A stretch of 64,000 nucleotides of DNA from Neoconidiobolus thromboides FSU 785 (Eukaryota > Fungi > Entomophthoromycota), in contig MU626328.1 in assembly GCA_025603075.1 (NCBI GenBank), positions 33,522-97,521 on the forward strand. Direction: 5' to 3'. Below, piece by piece: positions 24,148 to 37,629 of this stretch (positions are counted from its first letter, which is position 1; every line of letters begins with the position of its first letter). Both the position numbers and the translations under genes were made by a program. The notes beneath the pieces were generated by a model, which did not search any database, was not told the DNA's origin, and saw only the letters and a program-made list of their open reading frames with translations.

Positions 24148-27100
24148 ATGAATAATCAATTACAAAAGAGACGAACCGGTCAAAATACTACTGAGGATCA
24201 CCATACTAGTTTGGAATTGAATTATACTGGCGAAGATAAAGGAGATGTGGATTATGATTATGATAAAGTTAAATCGGAAGTAAAATTTAATGATAAGTTT
24301 TTAAAACCTGAACTTTCACTAAAGGAAGAGGATAACTTTAAATTCAGAAACAACAGAGTAAGCGTTTGTTTTATTGATCACAGAGAAATTTGAGTTCCTA
24401 AATGACAATACTAATATTGTTCTCATTTATTTAGTATGTTCAATTTTACATTAAAAATAAATTAAATATATGGTTAACAATATTGACATTATTATCCATG
24501 TTTACTCGTTATTATCGTATTGGAGCAGCAAATAAACCTATTTGGGATGAAGTAAAACTTTTATGAATTGAACAATTTTATAACATGACTAACAATTTAA
24601 CTTATGCAATCAGGTACATTTTGGCAAAGTAAGTTTATGTATAATATACAAAATAAAACCCATTAACAAATAACTTTAAAGTTTGGTTCTCATTATTTAC
24701 GAGGTACTTTTTACCATGATGTGCACCCGCCATTAGGTAAAATGCTAGTTGGCGTTGGAGGTAAAATTGCAGGTTATGATGGTACATTTAAATTTGAAGG
24801 TGGAAATTATCCAGAAGGTATGAATTATACGTTTATGAGATGGTTTCACGCCAACTTTGGCGTTGCTTTGGTTCCACTAAGTTTTCTTACTGCCAAGAAA
24901 TTGAATATGTCCGATAATGCAGCTCTATTAGCTGCATCGATGGTGTTATTTGGTAATTAAAATGAGAAAAGAGGCTTGCTAAAGATGTATATTAATGGCA
25001 TTTTTTTTAGATAATGGATTGACTGTTATTTCTAGATTTATTTTATTGGATTCTATGTTATTGTGTTTTATTGCTATGTCATTATACTATTTTGTTGCTT
25101 TTCATGCCTGTCAGAAAAAGTGAGTGAAATGGCTTTATTTATTTGGATTTAATGATTTAATAATTGTTCTTTAGTCCATTTACTAGAGACTGGTATTATA
25201 ATTTAATTATGTTGGGTATTTCTTTGGGTTTGGCGTCAAGGTATAGATATATATAAATTTGTATTATTTATAATATTAAGGATTTTATAGTGTTAAATGG
25301 ATTGGATTTTTTGCTGTGGCATTAGTCGGATTAGTAAGAGTTAATTTGAATTTAAATTAATAATGTAATAATTTATATTTAATAGTATACAATTGAAAGT
25401 TTATATCAATTATTAAGTGAACCTAATTTTAGTTGGGTAGGTTGCATTAAAATTGTATTATACTAATAATTATAATATTTAAATTCAATTTAATTATAGT
25501 ATGTTTATGCTAAACATTGGATAACTAGAGCATTTGGACTAATATTTATGCCCGTCTTTGTTTATTTATTATGTTTTAAAATTCACTTTAAAATCTTAAA
25601 TAATTCTGGACCTGGAGATGCTACTATGGATACTTTATTTCAAGCTAGATTAAATCGAAATGAATTATGGAAATCACCACCAGGTAATTAAGTTGTTTTA
25701 TAAATTAATTAAAATATTAAATTCAATATTATTCTATTGTAATTAGAATTAGTATTTATGGGTAATGCTACTATAAGATCAGGGAGTTTAGATGGTGGTT
25801 TATTACATAGTCATCCTCACAATTATCCAGAAGGCAGTAAAGAACAACAAATTACTTGCTATGGCCATAAAGATAGTAATAATGATTGGACAATCAAACA
25901 TGCTTTTGATGATCTATTTAACACAACGGAAAATAATGAAGTTACTGTTGATGCTAATACTATAAAAGTAAGCTATTTTTATATGTATTATATAATATGA
26001 ATACGTATATTAAATAAGTACTTAGGAAATTAATCCAAAGGTAGTCAGAAGTGGCAATTTAATTAAATTATACCATGTTGAAACAAAAAAAAACTTAAGA
26101 GTCCAAAAAGATCATGACGCTATTATAACTGGAAAAAGAGCATATGAAGTAAGTGCTTCAGGGGATGCAAAAACATTCAATAAATATGAGATATGGAAAA
26201 TAGAAATATATGATGATTTATTAGATTCAAATAAACCAGGTGTTATACAAACATTAAGTACTCGATTTCAACTAAGAAATCCAGAATTAGATTGCTTATT
26301 AGCTAAAGATTTTACAACTCTACCTGATTGGGGTTATTCCCAATCCGAAGTTTATTGTGTTAAAGATGGCAAATCTAAAAATGAAGAAACTTTATGGAAT
26401 ATTGAATCATTAAGTTATGAAGGATGTAAGTCAAAATAGCCAGTTTAAAATTTAATTCTAACTTTATTAAATATTATTCTATTTTATAGTACCCCCAGCT
26501 GAAAAAAGGAAATTACCTGAAACTTTTTATAGAGATTTTATAAGATTAAATAGAGCTATGTGGTCTACAAATAATGCCTTGACACCAGATGAAGATAAAT
26601 TCGATCATTTAACATCTCATGCTTTAGATTGGCCATTAATGAGAAGAGGAATCCGAATGTGTGGTTGGGGAGATAATGAAATTAAATTTTATATGTTAGG
26701 TAATCCATTAGTTTGGTGGGGTTCAACCTTTGGACTTTTGTTGTTTGTAGGACTTACTGGATATTATTGTATTAGAATGAAAAGAAATATTAAAGAATGG
26801 GTGAAAGGTAAGTGGAAGTTAGAAATTATTATTATTATTATTATTATAAAAAATATACATTAAATATTAATTTTTTATAGATGATTGGGAAAATTATATA
26901 TTTGCATTTAAAGCTATTGTAGGTGGATGGCTATTACAATATTTACCGTTTTTTTTAATGGGAAGAGTATTATATGTTCATCATTATTTTCCATCACTTT
27001 ATATAGCTTGTTTAGCATTACCATATACATTAGATTTATTAGTTCAAAACAAAACTAACAATTTTAAAAACAAGCTATTTTTTTCAATAATAATAATGAT

Positions 27101-27221
27101 TTGTCTCACTTTTATCTACTTTGCTCCAATGACTTTTGGAATGACATTTCCATCTGAAGAATTTAAATCTAGAAACTGGTTAAAAACTTGGCATCTTTTT
27201 GGAGCTAAAGAAGATGAATAA
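24148..27221 (+). CDS. PMT2: Dolichyl-phosphate-mannose protein O-mannosyltransferase, PMT2 subfamily; many introns
   Basis: WDE|VHFGK|FG...DVHPPLGKML, MIR repeat LHSHPHNYPEGSKEQQITCYGHKDSNNDW, GNPLVWW, GRVLYVHHYFP. Subfamily assignment comes from the MIR1 motif. Confidence 0.88.
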
Positions 27222-27337
27222 ATAAAATTAATGTTTAACATATTAAATATTGTTATAATAAAATAAACAATTTAAAATAAAATCAAAATTTTATAAAAAT
27301 ATACTTTCATTTAATAAAATTTAAAGTAATTTCAAAT

Positions 27338-28402
27338 TCAAGCTTCAATCTTTTCTGTTTCTAAAGCATCCTTATATAACTCAAGTAATTCCTTAATTTC
27401 ACTAGGTGAATAAATTTGATATTTAGGTTTACCATCTACTAATTTTAAAGTAGCAAATTCAACTAGATTCAAAGAAAAATCAAATTAATTTTTAGAACCA
27501 AAAGTAATTTCTAATAAAAAAAACTTACGAGTTTCTTCAGTTAAATTAGCAGTATCCATAGTTTTTGATAACACTTTAATTGTCATTTCTAATGCTTGAT
27601 CAATATTTAATTCTTCTTTGTATTCTTGCTTAAGAACGGACTGAGCAGATGAAAAATTAGCCCCAATACAAGTAGCTTTCCAACCCCCATAATTACCACT
27701 AGGATCACTATGATATAATTGAAATCCATGGGAATCATCATATCCAGCGTACAAAATGGAAACACCATATGGTCTTAAACCTAATTAAAAAATTAATTTA
27801 TTATTATTAATTTATTATTGAAATAAAAAAAGAAACTTAACTTACCACCAAATTGAGTATAAGCTTGTTTAGAATCAGATAACCTTTTTACTAATGATTC
27901 AATAGGTATATCCGTACCATAATTCATTAAATAAGATTGAGCATATTGACGTGCTGAATTTACTAGAATATTAGCATCACTGGTTAATCCAGCAACAGCA
28001 CAAACTATATTACTATACCATTTAAAAAAAATACATTAGTACCAATTAATTAATTATTCTCATTATTTTTTAACATAATATTGAAGAATAAATTTAGTTT
28101 TAAACTTACTCATTAATAATATATAATTTCTCAGTGGATTTATCCGTTTCTAATAAACTAGAAACTACTTTTTTTTCAGCTGCAATAACTACACCATCAC
28201 TAGCTAAAATTCCTAAACAAGTACCAGCATGAGAAATGGCTTCCATAGCATATTCTACTTGAAATAAACGACCTAGATGGGAAATAAAAAGAATTTCAAT
28301 TTTAATTTAATATGATTTTGATAATGACATCTTAATGATATAAAAAAGTAATTTACCTTCTGGCGAAAACATAGTGGTTCGAGAATCATATCGACGTGAC
28401 AT
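27338..28402 (-). CDS. PRE9: 20S proteasome subunit alpha-3 (multi-exon)
   Basis: [32 protein letters not shown]; [13 protein letters not shown]; [17 protein letters not shown]. Confidence 0.95.
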
Positions 28403-28783
28403 TTTGAATAAATTTGTTGTTTATATTGAAATTGAATATGAGTTTTGAGGTTTACTAGAAAAGTAAAAATAATATTAAGAAATTGTATAGTTATTTTAGA
28501 GAAAGCTGAGTAAAGGAATTTGGAATATGACGTTGTCACTCAAGATCAAAATTTAATGATTGACCAATAAGCTGAAGTTAACATTTTTTATTAAAAAATG
28601 TTGGATTGATCCAAAATATCAAGAATATAATGATAATTGATGCTATTTTGAATATTAATATAATAAAATATTTTATTTTTGTTTTTATTTTATTTTATTT
28701 TGATCATTTTAAATAAAAAGCTTGTTTATCTATTTAATTAATTGATTAAAAATCTTCAATAATAAACGTATTTAAATTTCATA

Positions 28784-28886
28784 TATGGAGATGTTTTTTT
28801 AGTTTCATTACTTTTCTATTTTTTAAGGACTATTTGAGTAGAAAGATTGTTAGTAAAATTTTTAAACGAAAAAACATATCCTTATA
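28784..28886 (+). mobile_element. MITE-like copy (A) in a divergent promoter region
   Basis: TATGGAGATGTTTTTTTAGTTTCATTAC...GATTGTTAGTAAAATTTTTAAACG...CCTTATA. Confidence 0.75.
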
Positions 28887-28954
28887 TTTAAAAAAATACA
28901 TAGCTCTTTTTAATTACGATTTTAGCTTGTTTTTATCATTTTTTATACTCTAAA

Positions 28955-30879
28955 ATGGATCTCAATAATCCATTATTATTACAACTTATTGAATTATTAA
29001 ATCAAATTGAATTAAATCAACAAACAAAATTAGATACTGATAAATTAAAGTGTTACAATAGATATCATGAAGATATTAAAAAAGGTTTGAAAGTAATATT
29101 TACGATAAGGCTAATAAATAATATTTAATAATTTAGAATTAATAATAAAAAAACAAAAATCAGTTGAAGAAGAATTAATTTTATTTATATTAAACAATAA
29201 ATTATATGAAACAGAGGAATTGGAGGTTATGCTCATGGTATGTTATGTTACTATTAATAGTATTTGAGATTATTTAAAGTTCATTATTTTTTTAATAGGA
29301 TAATTTATCGTTGATATTAGTTATATTAAAAATGGAATTAAACTTAGTCATTAATCACATAAATTATTGTAATGTATTATATTTACTTTGTTACATTAAA
29401 AATGAAAAGAATGAAAGTAAGTTAAATTACTGATTTATTCTATATTAAATAATAATACATTATTTTTGTTTATTTTATTATAGAAATATTTAAAAAAAAG
29501 ATTATAACATATTTAATTGATTTACTACTTCAAAAAAGTAATAATCCTTATCAACGACAATTTGGAATAATAACATTAATATTTATGTATCAATGTAATT
29601 CTTCATTTTTAAAAGAATATGTAGATAATGAATTTATTATTCAACTTAAAAAAGTAAATTATTAATTTAATAGTTTAATAATTTAATATTAATTAGACTG
29701 TTTTTATATAGATTTACAAACAAGAAGAAGGATTAATAGAATTGAAGCAATTAATTATAGATTTTGGTAGAATGTCAGAATATATTGAGTTTTATACAGA
29801 TTCAACCGGTATGAAAGTAATAGATTATTTAGACGTTTTAAATAAATTAATTATAAATAATAACAATTCATTATTTTTAACAAATGATATTAAAAAGGTA
29901 TAATTAATGATATTTCAAATTCCAATTATTGTTTATGTTTAATTCAATAGTTTATTAAAAAAATAAATGAAGATCAATATAAAAATAGAATATATGAATG
30001 GATAATATTTATGTAATAATCTAACATATTCAAATTATAATATATTAATTATAATATATATATATATTATTAGGATGAAATTAAAATTAATAGAATTTCC
30101 AGGATTGTATGAAAATACTTGGTTTCAATTGAAAACTATGATGAAGTCAACGGAGTTAAAGGTAAGTTATAATTTATTATAAGTTTATTTATGATAGTCA
30201 AATTTATATTTACATTAATTGTAGTCAATTAATATTAATGAAGAATATATTCAACCCTTTCAATCTATTTATAGCCATTTTTTATATTGGTTAGAACAAT
30301 GTGAAGAGTGGAATTTCAATGAAAAACAAAAGTTTATTAATGATAAAGTAAAAACTTATCTCTCAATATCTTATTAATTATTTTGTTAATTATTTTATTA
30401 AAGCTATTGAATTTGAACCAAAAGTCCATTATTATTCCTAAAAATAGATTTTTGAAAGATAAAGATAATATTGAATTAGCTGCTTTTTTGTTACCTGTAG
30501 AGTAAGTTGATTATATAATCTAATTTTTTATTTATTTAAATATTAATTAACATTAGTCTAGGAATAAGATTTTTTCTTTGTTATATTGATGGACTAATAG
30601 AATTATATAATGAAAATGATAAAGAGATTAGAGTAAATTTAGAATTATTATATTATAATTTAGATGTAATGTTTAATAAAAACTAATATTTAGAATTTAT
30701 TACTTGAAAGTATAAAAAAATTAATAATATTGGAAAAAAGATATAATGAATTATTAATACTTTGTATAACAAGTATTAAATCCAAAGACAAATCAAATAA
30801 ATTTTACATTGATTATAATGCAATGAAGAAAAATATTGAAAATAATCAAAAAGAACCAGTTTTTACTATTGAAAAATAA
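28955..30879 (+). CDS. Hypothetical protein, extremely AT-rich and intron-dense; likely alpha-helical
   Basis: Open exon-like blocks (MDLNNPLLLQLIELL..., IYKQEEGLIELKQLIIDFGRMSEYIEFY..., YIQPFQSIYSHFLYWLEQCEEW..., IRFFLCYIDGLIELY...) are separated by GT...AG gaps. The exact exon structure is unresolved. Confidence 0.5.
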
Positions 30880-30952
30880 AATCAGTTCATTTGTATTATT
30901 TAAAATTAGAAACTTAAAATCAATATTTGATTTTATTAATTATTTAATTTTA

Positions 30953-32032
30953 CTACTCTAAGTAATTTTTAATATCTAATATTTTTTGATAAGTATTATT
31001 ATTAGAATCTAATTCTAAAAATGTAATATTAGTTTGATCTACAATTGCAATTAATACAGGTATTGAATTAAATTGTTCATTTAATAATGAAATATTAGAC
31101 AAGTTAAATGTATTGTCTTCTATTCTGTAATTAATAATATATATTATTATTGTTATATATTAGTATCATTATTTAAATAATCAATTAATTTAATTACCTA
31201 ACAATAATTAAATATTTATAACATTCACCTGGATTTTTTGATTTAAATTGATGATTGGGTTGCCATAGTTGATATTGAGGTAAATGATTAAAATTAGTTA
31301 ATTTATAATTAGGAGTTATGTCTATTGTATTATTTAGTTTTAAATTATTATAAATTCTATCTATAAATATTAATATTATTAATCTATTTTTATATATTAT
31401 ATATTATATATTATTATAATTTACCAAATCCGATTAATTTTGATGCTGGTATTAATTGATTTTTGATCACTGTTAATTTCTCTTCTCTATCTATTGAATT
31501 TTTCAATATATTTATTTTATTTGTATGATCTATATCAAATATTAATAAATAAAAACTCAATAATTTATGATATCTATAATCTATTACCACTTCTAATTAA
31601 TATATATCCTAGTCTTTTTAAATGACTATAAACCTAAATAAAATATTAATTTAACTACTTAGCATATACATATTTGATTTCATTTTCAATTTCACTTTAA
31701 ATTCTATTTACCTGATAAATGTGTAACTCTAATCCTTCATTCAAAATAGTAACATAAACATCTTTTAATTCCATTTCCTTTATCTCCTCCTCATTTATTC
31801 TCATAATAATCTCTTTATCTATCAGTCCATCCCATTCCTTAATATTTTTAAAAACAAGCATTGCTCCACGATCACATAAAAATAAGACTTCTTCTGGATA
31901 TAAATAATACTGTTGTTTTTTATAAAAACCCATTCCAGTCATATAATTCCCTTTCTTTTTAATTACCAAAGCTAAATTGAGGGTAGAATTCCAAATACTA
32001 ATACTCTTATTATTGAGATGACATACTGACAT
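30953..32032 (-). CDS. SEN54: tRNA-splicing endonuclease subunit Sen54
   Basis: KKGNYMTGMG...YLYPEEVLFLCDRGAM (Sen54 N-terminal motif), VYSHLKRLGYIL, YGKPNHQFKSKNPGE-like C-terminal block. Confidence 0.75.
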
Positions 32033-32514
32033 TTTTTTATTTTTAAAAAGTGAAATTGAATTTTAAACTTAATTTAGTAATTTTGATAGAAATTTTCAAC
32101 TCATTAGTTCAAAGTCCGGTTACATCCTAAAAATAAGTACTTTATTCTTAATATTTTTAAAATAAGTTGATTTATAAATATATAACATTATTATTCTTAT
32201 TATTCTTTGAGTTATTATCCCTTCAAAACATTATTTGCTACTATAAAATTGTCCATTAAGTACTTATATAGAACATATGGAAAATTGAATTTTATTTCAA
32301 CCATTGAAATTACCCCTAATTTTATTGGCTTATCTTTAATGAAACCCAATAAATTGAGCATTTTAGAAAGTATTAAGATTTGAGATTTCAAACGTAATAG
32401 CAAAAAACTAATAATAAAGTTTTTTTTATTAATATTGAATTTTTTTATCCGTTTTAGTAATTAAATTAACGTAGCATTACAAGCATGTACGCTAATTCAC
32501 TTACTTCCAATTCT

Positions 32515-35500
32515 ATGAATACTCAAGCTTTAGCAGAAGCTTATATAACTTTAGTAAGATATATATTATTATAAATTTAATGTTAAATAGTTTAAATATT
32601 AATATAAATAACATTATAGATCAATAGAATACCAGGTTTTGAAAATGAACTTAATGAGTTTTATGATTTAAGTGATGGTCATATCTTTTCCCGGTTATTA
32701 GTAGAAATGTAAGTTAATCTATTTTATAAATAAATTCGATTTAGAACCTTTCTTTCATAAACTAATTTCCCTTTTAGTGATAAAACCTCATTTAAACGTA
32801 TTGATAAAGTCAAGGATACGTTTTGGATACAAAAAGTGAATAATTTAAAAAAAATTCATTCTTGGTTATCTATTTTTGTAGAAAAACATCAAGAAAGATT
32901 AAAAAATTTCAGTTTGAATCCGATTGATTTACATTCTATTGCTAGAGAAAAACAGATTACAGATTTGGTCCGATTCTGTCAAGCTATTTTTTATGTCCTA
33001 TTCTTTTTTAGTGAAAATTGTCCGGGACTTAAATTGGAGTTTGTAACGAGTAATTTACCCAAGAGTTATCAGGATCTTATTGCTAGAGCTACAAATGAGG
33101 TAAAGAGATAATTGATAGCTATGATTCTATATTGAGTTAATATTTTTAGATTACACATAATAATAATAATAATGCTAACAAGTAAGATTAGTGTAATTTT
33201 TTTTTTTCAAAAAAATTAAATGATTTATCTCTTAGTGTTCAAAATGTGAATCCAAAAAGCCCATTTAATAATGGAGGCTCTAACAAGCAAATTGAAGCTA
33301 TCAAATTAGATTATGAAAAAGAAATTGAAGAATTAAAAAAAGGGTATGATCGATATTTTGAAGAAGTTCAATTTTTAAAAAATACTTTGGTAATTAAAAT
33401 ATTAACTAAAAAGCAATTTAGTTTTTTTGTATTGATTCTATTTTGGTTGAATTTAGGATGAAACTCAAACTGAATGTAAAAGTTTAAAACAAAAATTAAA
33501 TGATTATGAAGCTAGTTTACTAAAAGCGGGTGAAAATTCAAAAACAGAACATATCTTAAAGCAAGAAATTGACGAACTAAGAGCTAGTCTGTAAATATTA
33601 TTATCATTATTTTATATCATATTAATAACTTTAAATAGTACGTTTGCAGAACAAAAACGTCATGAAGCAGAGATGACAATATCACGACAAAATGCGGATA
33701 TGGCCGAACAAAGTCGACAAGTAATTTTTTTTAATTGATTTTTTTTAATTAATTTTTTTTAAAACTAAAAATTCATCAAATTTTAATTAGATCCATACAC
33801 TTAACGAAAAAGCACAATTAGCTGATCAATTAAATGAAGAACGTCGAGAACATCGATTACTCAAAGATAAACTTCAACGTGTTGAAAATACCAATGAAAA
33901 ATATAAAAAAAGTTTTGAAGAATTGGTAGATTATAAAAAAAGATTTAAAGTAAATTTAAAATTAATTTAAATAAGATAAAAATAAAATCACTAACTAAAT
34001 TACTTTTGTTTATATCGTTTAGAGTATTAAAGAAGAAAACCTTATGTTATTAGAAGATAAAACTAAATTACAACGAGATGTTGAAAAATTAACCGAATTC
34101 AAGGTCATGAGTGAAACTTATAAAGAACAAGTATTAAATATGGATTCTAGAATCAATACATTAAATTTAGAAAATGAAAGAAATCAATTCGAAACTCGAA
34201 ATTTAAAGGAAAATATTCGTATTTTAGAAATGGAAAGAGATCGATATCAAGAAGAAGCAATGAATTTTGAATCCAAATTAAAAGATATTGAATTAGGTAA
34301 TTGTAAAACAAAGAGTTTGGATATATAATAGATGTTAATAAATTGAAATTCTTTTCAGGTATTACTAATTCAGGGGATAATTCATTACCTTCTGGCGGCA
34401 TCTCCTTAGACGAAGCTGAAGCTGAAGATTTGTAAGTTTCTTTTTGATAACAAAATTATTGAAATTTAAATTAATTTTCTATTTAAAAAAAAATAGAAAA
34501 TCTAAAGTACTTAAACTTGAACAAGAACTTACCGCTATGCGTAACGGAACTCGAGAATCAGGTTCTACACAAAGAATTATCATATTAGAAAATATGCTTG
34601 AAGATGCTAAAAAAGCTAGAAATAAAGTTGAAGAGGTAAGATTAATCTTATTAATACTAATGTAAAATGATAGATATATTGATCTTTATTTATTTAGGAA
34701 CTCATGGAATCGCATCGTAAAAATTTATTATTAGAAGAAGAATTGAAACGGTTAAATCCTTCTGAAGGTGGAGATAAACTGAGGTAGTTTTTTGAGTTAA
34801 AATAGAAAGTTAAGTATTTTAATCTTTTTTTAGTTATGATCTTTCGTTAAATCTTCGACTTCGATTATCAGAAGCAGAAGAAGAAGCTTCTAAATTAAAA
34901 CGTAAATTAGCAGAAACTGAAATTGCTTTAGAACAGGCAAATAATGAGCTATTAATTGCTAAAACAGATTGTAAGATTTGTACTTTAAATATCAATTTAT
35001 TTATCTAAATTATTCTTCTAGTAAGTATGGTCGGTAAAGACCAACTTGAAGCGATTGAATTAGTAAAACAAGAGACTACAAAATTGAATGAAAAATTTAT
35101 CAGTGAAAAACAAGAAATTAGTGAAAAATGCGAAAAACTTGAAGAAGAAGCAAGGAAACAAATGCAATTTGTTAATCAATTGTTAATGGATAAAGATAGT
35201 TTAAAAACCCAAAGTTTGCAACAAAAAGACATGTTATTAGAAAATGAAAAAACAATTGGCCAATTGAAAGCTACTTTAACTACTTTAGAAAATCAAGGAC
35301 CTACTGGGGCGGATAAAGATGAATTATCTAAAGTTAAAGAAATGTTGGTGGCGGAAACTAATCGTAATATGGAACTTAGGGAGGAAAATGTTAGGTTAAA
35401 GGGATTGGAAGAAAATTTAAATTTAAAGATTTCACTTCTTACAGAAGTATGTTTTTAGCTATTTTTGTTTATTTATTTAAAATTCATGTTTTTTTTAGCA

Positions 35501-35924
35501 AATCAAATCGTCTGAAAGACAAGCTAAAGATACTTCCCATGCTGGACAAGTAACTAATTATATTATCTTTAGTTAAATAATGATGTTAATTTTTAAATTA
35601 GGAAATGTTTGGAGAAGCATTATCTTCCCTTAAATCTGATCTTCGATCCAAAGAAGAAGAATTGGAGAAGTTAAAAGTAAGTGATAGAAATAAGTTTATA
35701 AAAAAAAGAAACTAAAGTTTGATTTTTTTTAGCACCAACTTTTAGAAACTCAAAAACAACATCGATTAGAAGCCACTTTTATGTCCTCTGCATGGCATGA
35801 TCTTGGATTAAGAGTAATTAGGGATCGTAGTACAGTCAATAACAGCTCTAATAATCGACAACCAACGAATTCTTGGTTAGCAGTTCAAAGAAATAATTTA
35901 AATGTTCAATTGAAACGTCGTTAA
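32515..35924 (+). CDS. HOOK-family dynein/early-endosome adaptor (Hok1/HookA-like); many introns
   Basis: N-terminal Hook domain (DLSDG...KVNNLKKI...DLHSIA), long heptad coiled coil, C-terminal FMSSAWHDLG motif typical of Hook proteins. Confidence 0.85.
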
Positions 35925-36410
35925 GAATTTAGCCCACTCTCTCTATTTTTTGTCTGTTTTTTTTTCAATCGCATTATGAGTTTTTAAATACTATGGGTTT
36001 ATATAAAGTATTTTTTTTAATACTTGAACACTTCTTTTTGAAGTTTATGGTTTTTTAAAGTAGAATTTATTTTTGAGATTATTATTAAAAACTTTGCTTT
36101 TGGTTAGTTGAAGATTAAATCTTCTAGATTTAATTGAATACAAGTTATAAAAGTTGATTTTAAATTAACTTCAATACAATCCAACATTTTTATAAAGAAT
36201 CTTATTACACTGAATTTTTAAATATTTTAAATTATCTAATGAAATCATTACAAAGGCCAATAAGTAGCTTGGATTGAACATTATTTATTAATAAAGATAA
36301 TAAATTAAAAGTCAAATGTTTAAATAGCAAATACTGTTATTATATAAGTATAGTATAAATATTAATTAAATTTAAATCTTAATCTCAACCTTAGTGTCAA
36401 CCTTAAGTAT

Positions 36411-36508
36411 AAGGGGATGTATTTTTTTAAAAATTTCACTAGCAATCTTTGCTCGAATAGTACTTAAAAAATGGAAAAAGTGATAAAACCAAAAGAAACA
36501 TCCCCATA
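36411..36508 (-). mobile_element. MITE-like copy (B)
   Basis: GGGGATGTATTTTTTT...GCTCGAATAGTACTTAAAAAATGGAAAAAGTGATAAAACC...CATCCCCATA. Confidence 0.8.
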
Positions 36509-37629
36509 ACTTTAATTTTAATTTTGACTTTCTCTTATAAACTTTATAGTAGTATTGATATTAGCTCTAGTGCAATTTTAATGCGGTTATAACATCAATA
36601 GTAGTATTAACATCAACACCTAATTAATCTTATACAATTTTTTGTTTATAATTTACGATTTTTTTAATAAAACTATTCACAATAAAAGAACAGTGTTATA
36701 AATTCATATCTGAACAGCGATTATTTAAATTTATCACCAAATGTTTATTAAAACAAATTAAAAATCTGAGATTTTTTCTATATGTATTAAGGTTTTTATA
36801 TCTCAATAATAGCTTATAATTTAATAATAATAATAGGGTTTTTATTAAAATTCTAATATTTGTACTTTTCAAATTCTACTTATCAATTTTATTGAATGCC
36901 TATTAATTCTGCATTCATTGTTATAAAAAAATGAATTCTAGAAATTTATTTTGAACAATTATGAGAAAAATGATTAGAATAATTTTAAATAGAAATGATC
37001 CAGATTTCTAGTTTAATTAGAAATGTTATGTTTTATATTTAACCTTTTAGCCTACTTTGAAATTTTAATATTAGGATTGAAACTTTTTATTGTTTTATTT
37101 TATTCGCATTATTTTCTGTAAATCCCAACAAAATTTGTAAGCTTATTAAATATCCGAACTATTTTTCCCGCCACCACACTTTTTTAAAAGCCAAACAACA
37201 TTAGTTTAATGATATGAATTATAAGAAATAGGTATACTTTTGATAATATTAGTATATTTCATTATTTCATTATTAACTTGCTAAAATCCTAAAATACATA
37301 AAATTTACGTAGCTAATTATAATTTTTTCATTATTACTTTACTGTAAAGACAATTTGCGTAACTAATTGTAATATAATCATTATCAAAAATACTTAGATA
37401 AAACATCAAAAACGTTCAAAACTATAAAAAAAAGGCAGCCCTAATTTATTAAAATAATGATAAAGATGCATGGATAAACTTTTTAAAAAAATGCTACAAA
37501 ATCCTACTCCTATATACTAAAACCCAAAATGTTCATAATAACCCATATCACCCTTATAAAATAATAAGCATCAAGCAAATAAAAATACCACATAAAAAAA
37601 TTTCTTATAACTTATTCTCAATCAATCAT

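Noticed and set aside
32215-32403. 62-aa minus-strand ORF upstream of SEN54
   Set aside because: No motifs; lies in the SEN54/HOOK divergent promoter and is probably UTR or chance.
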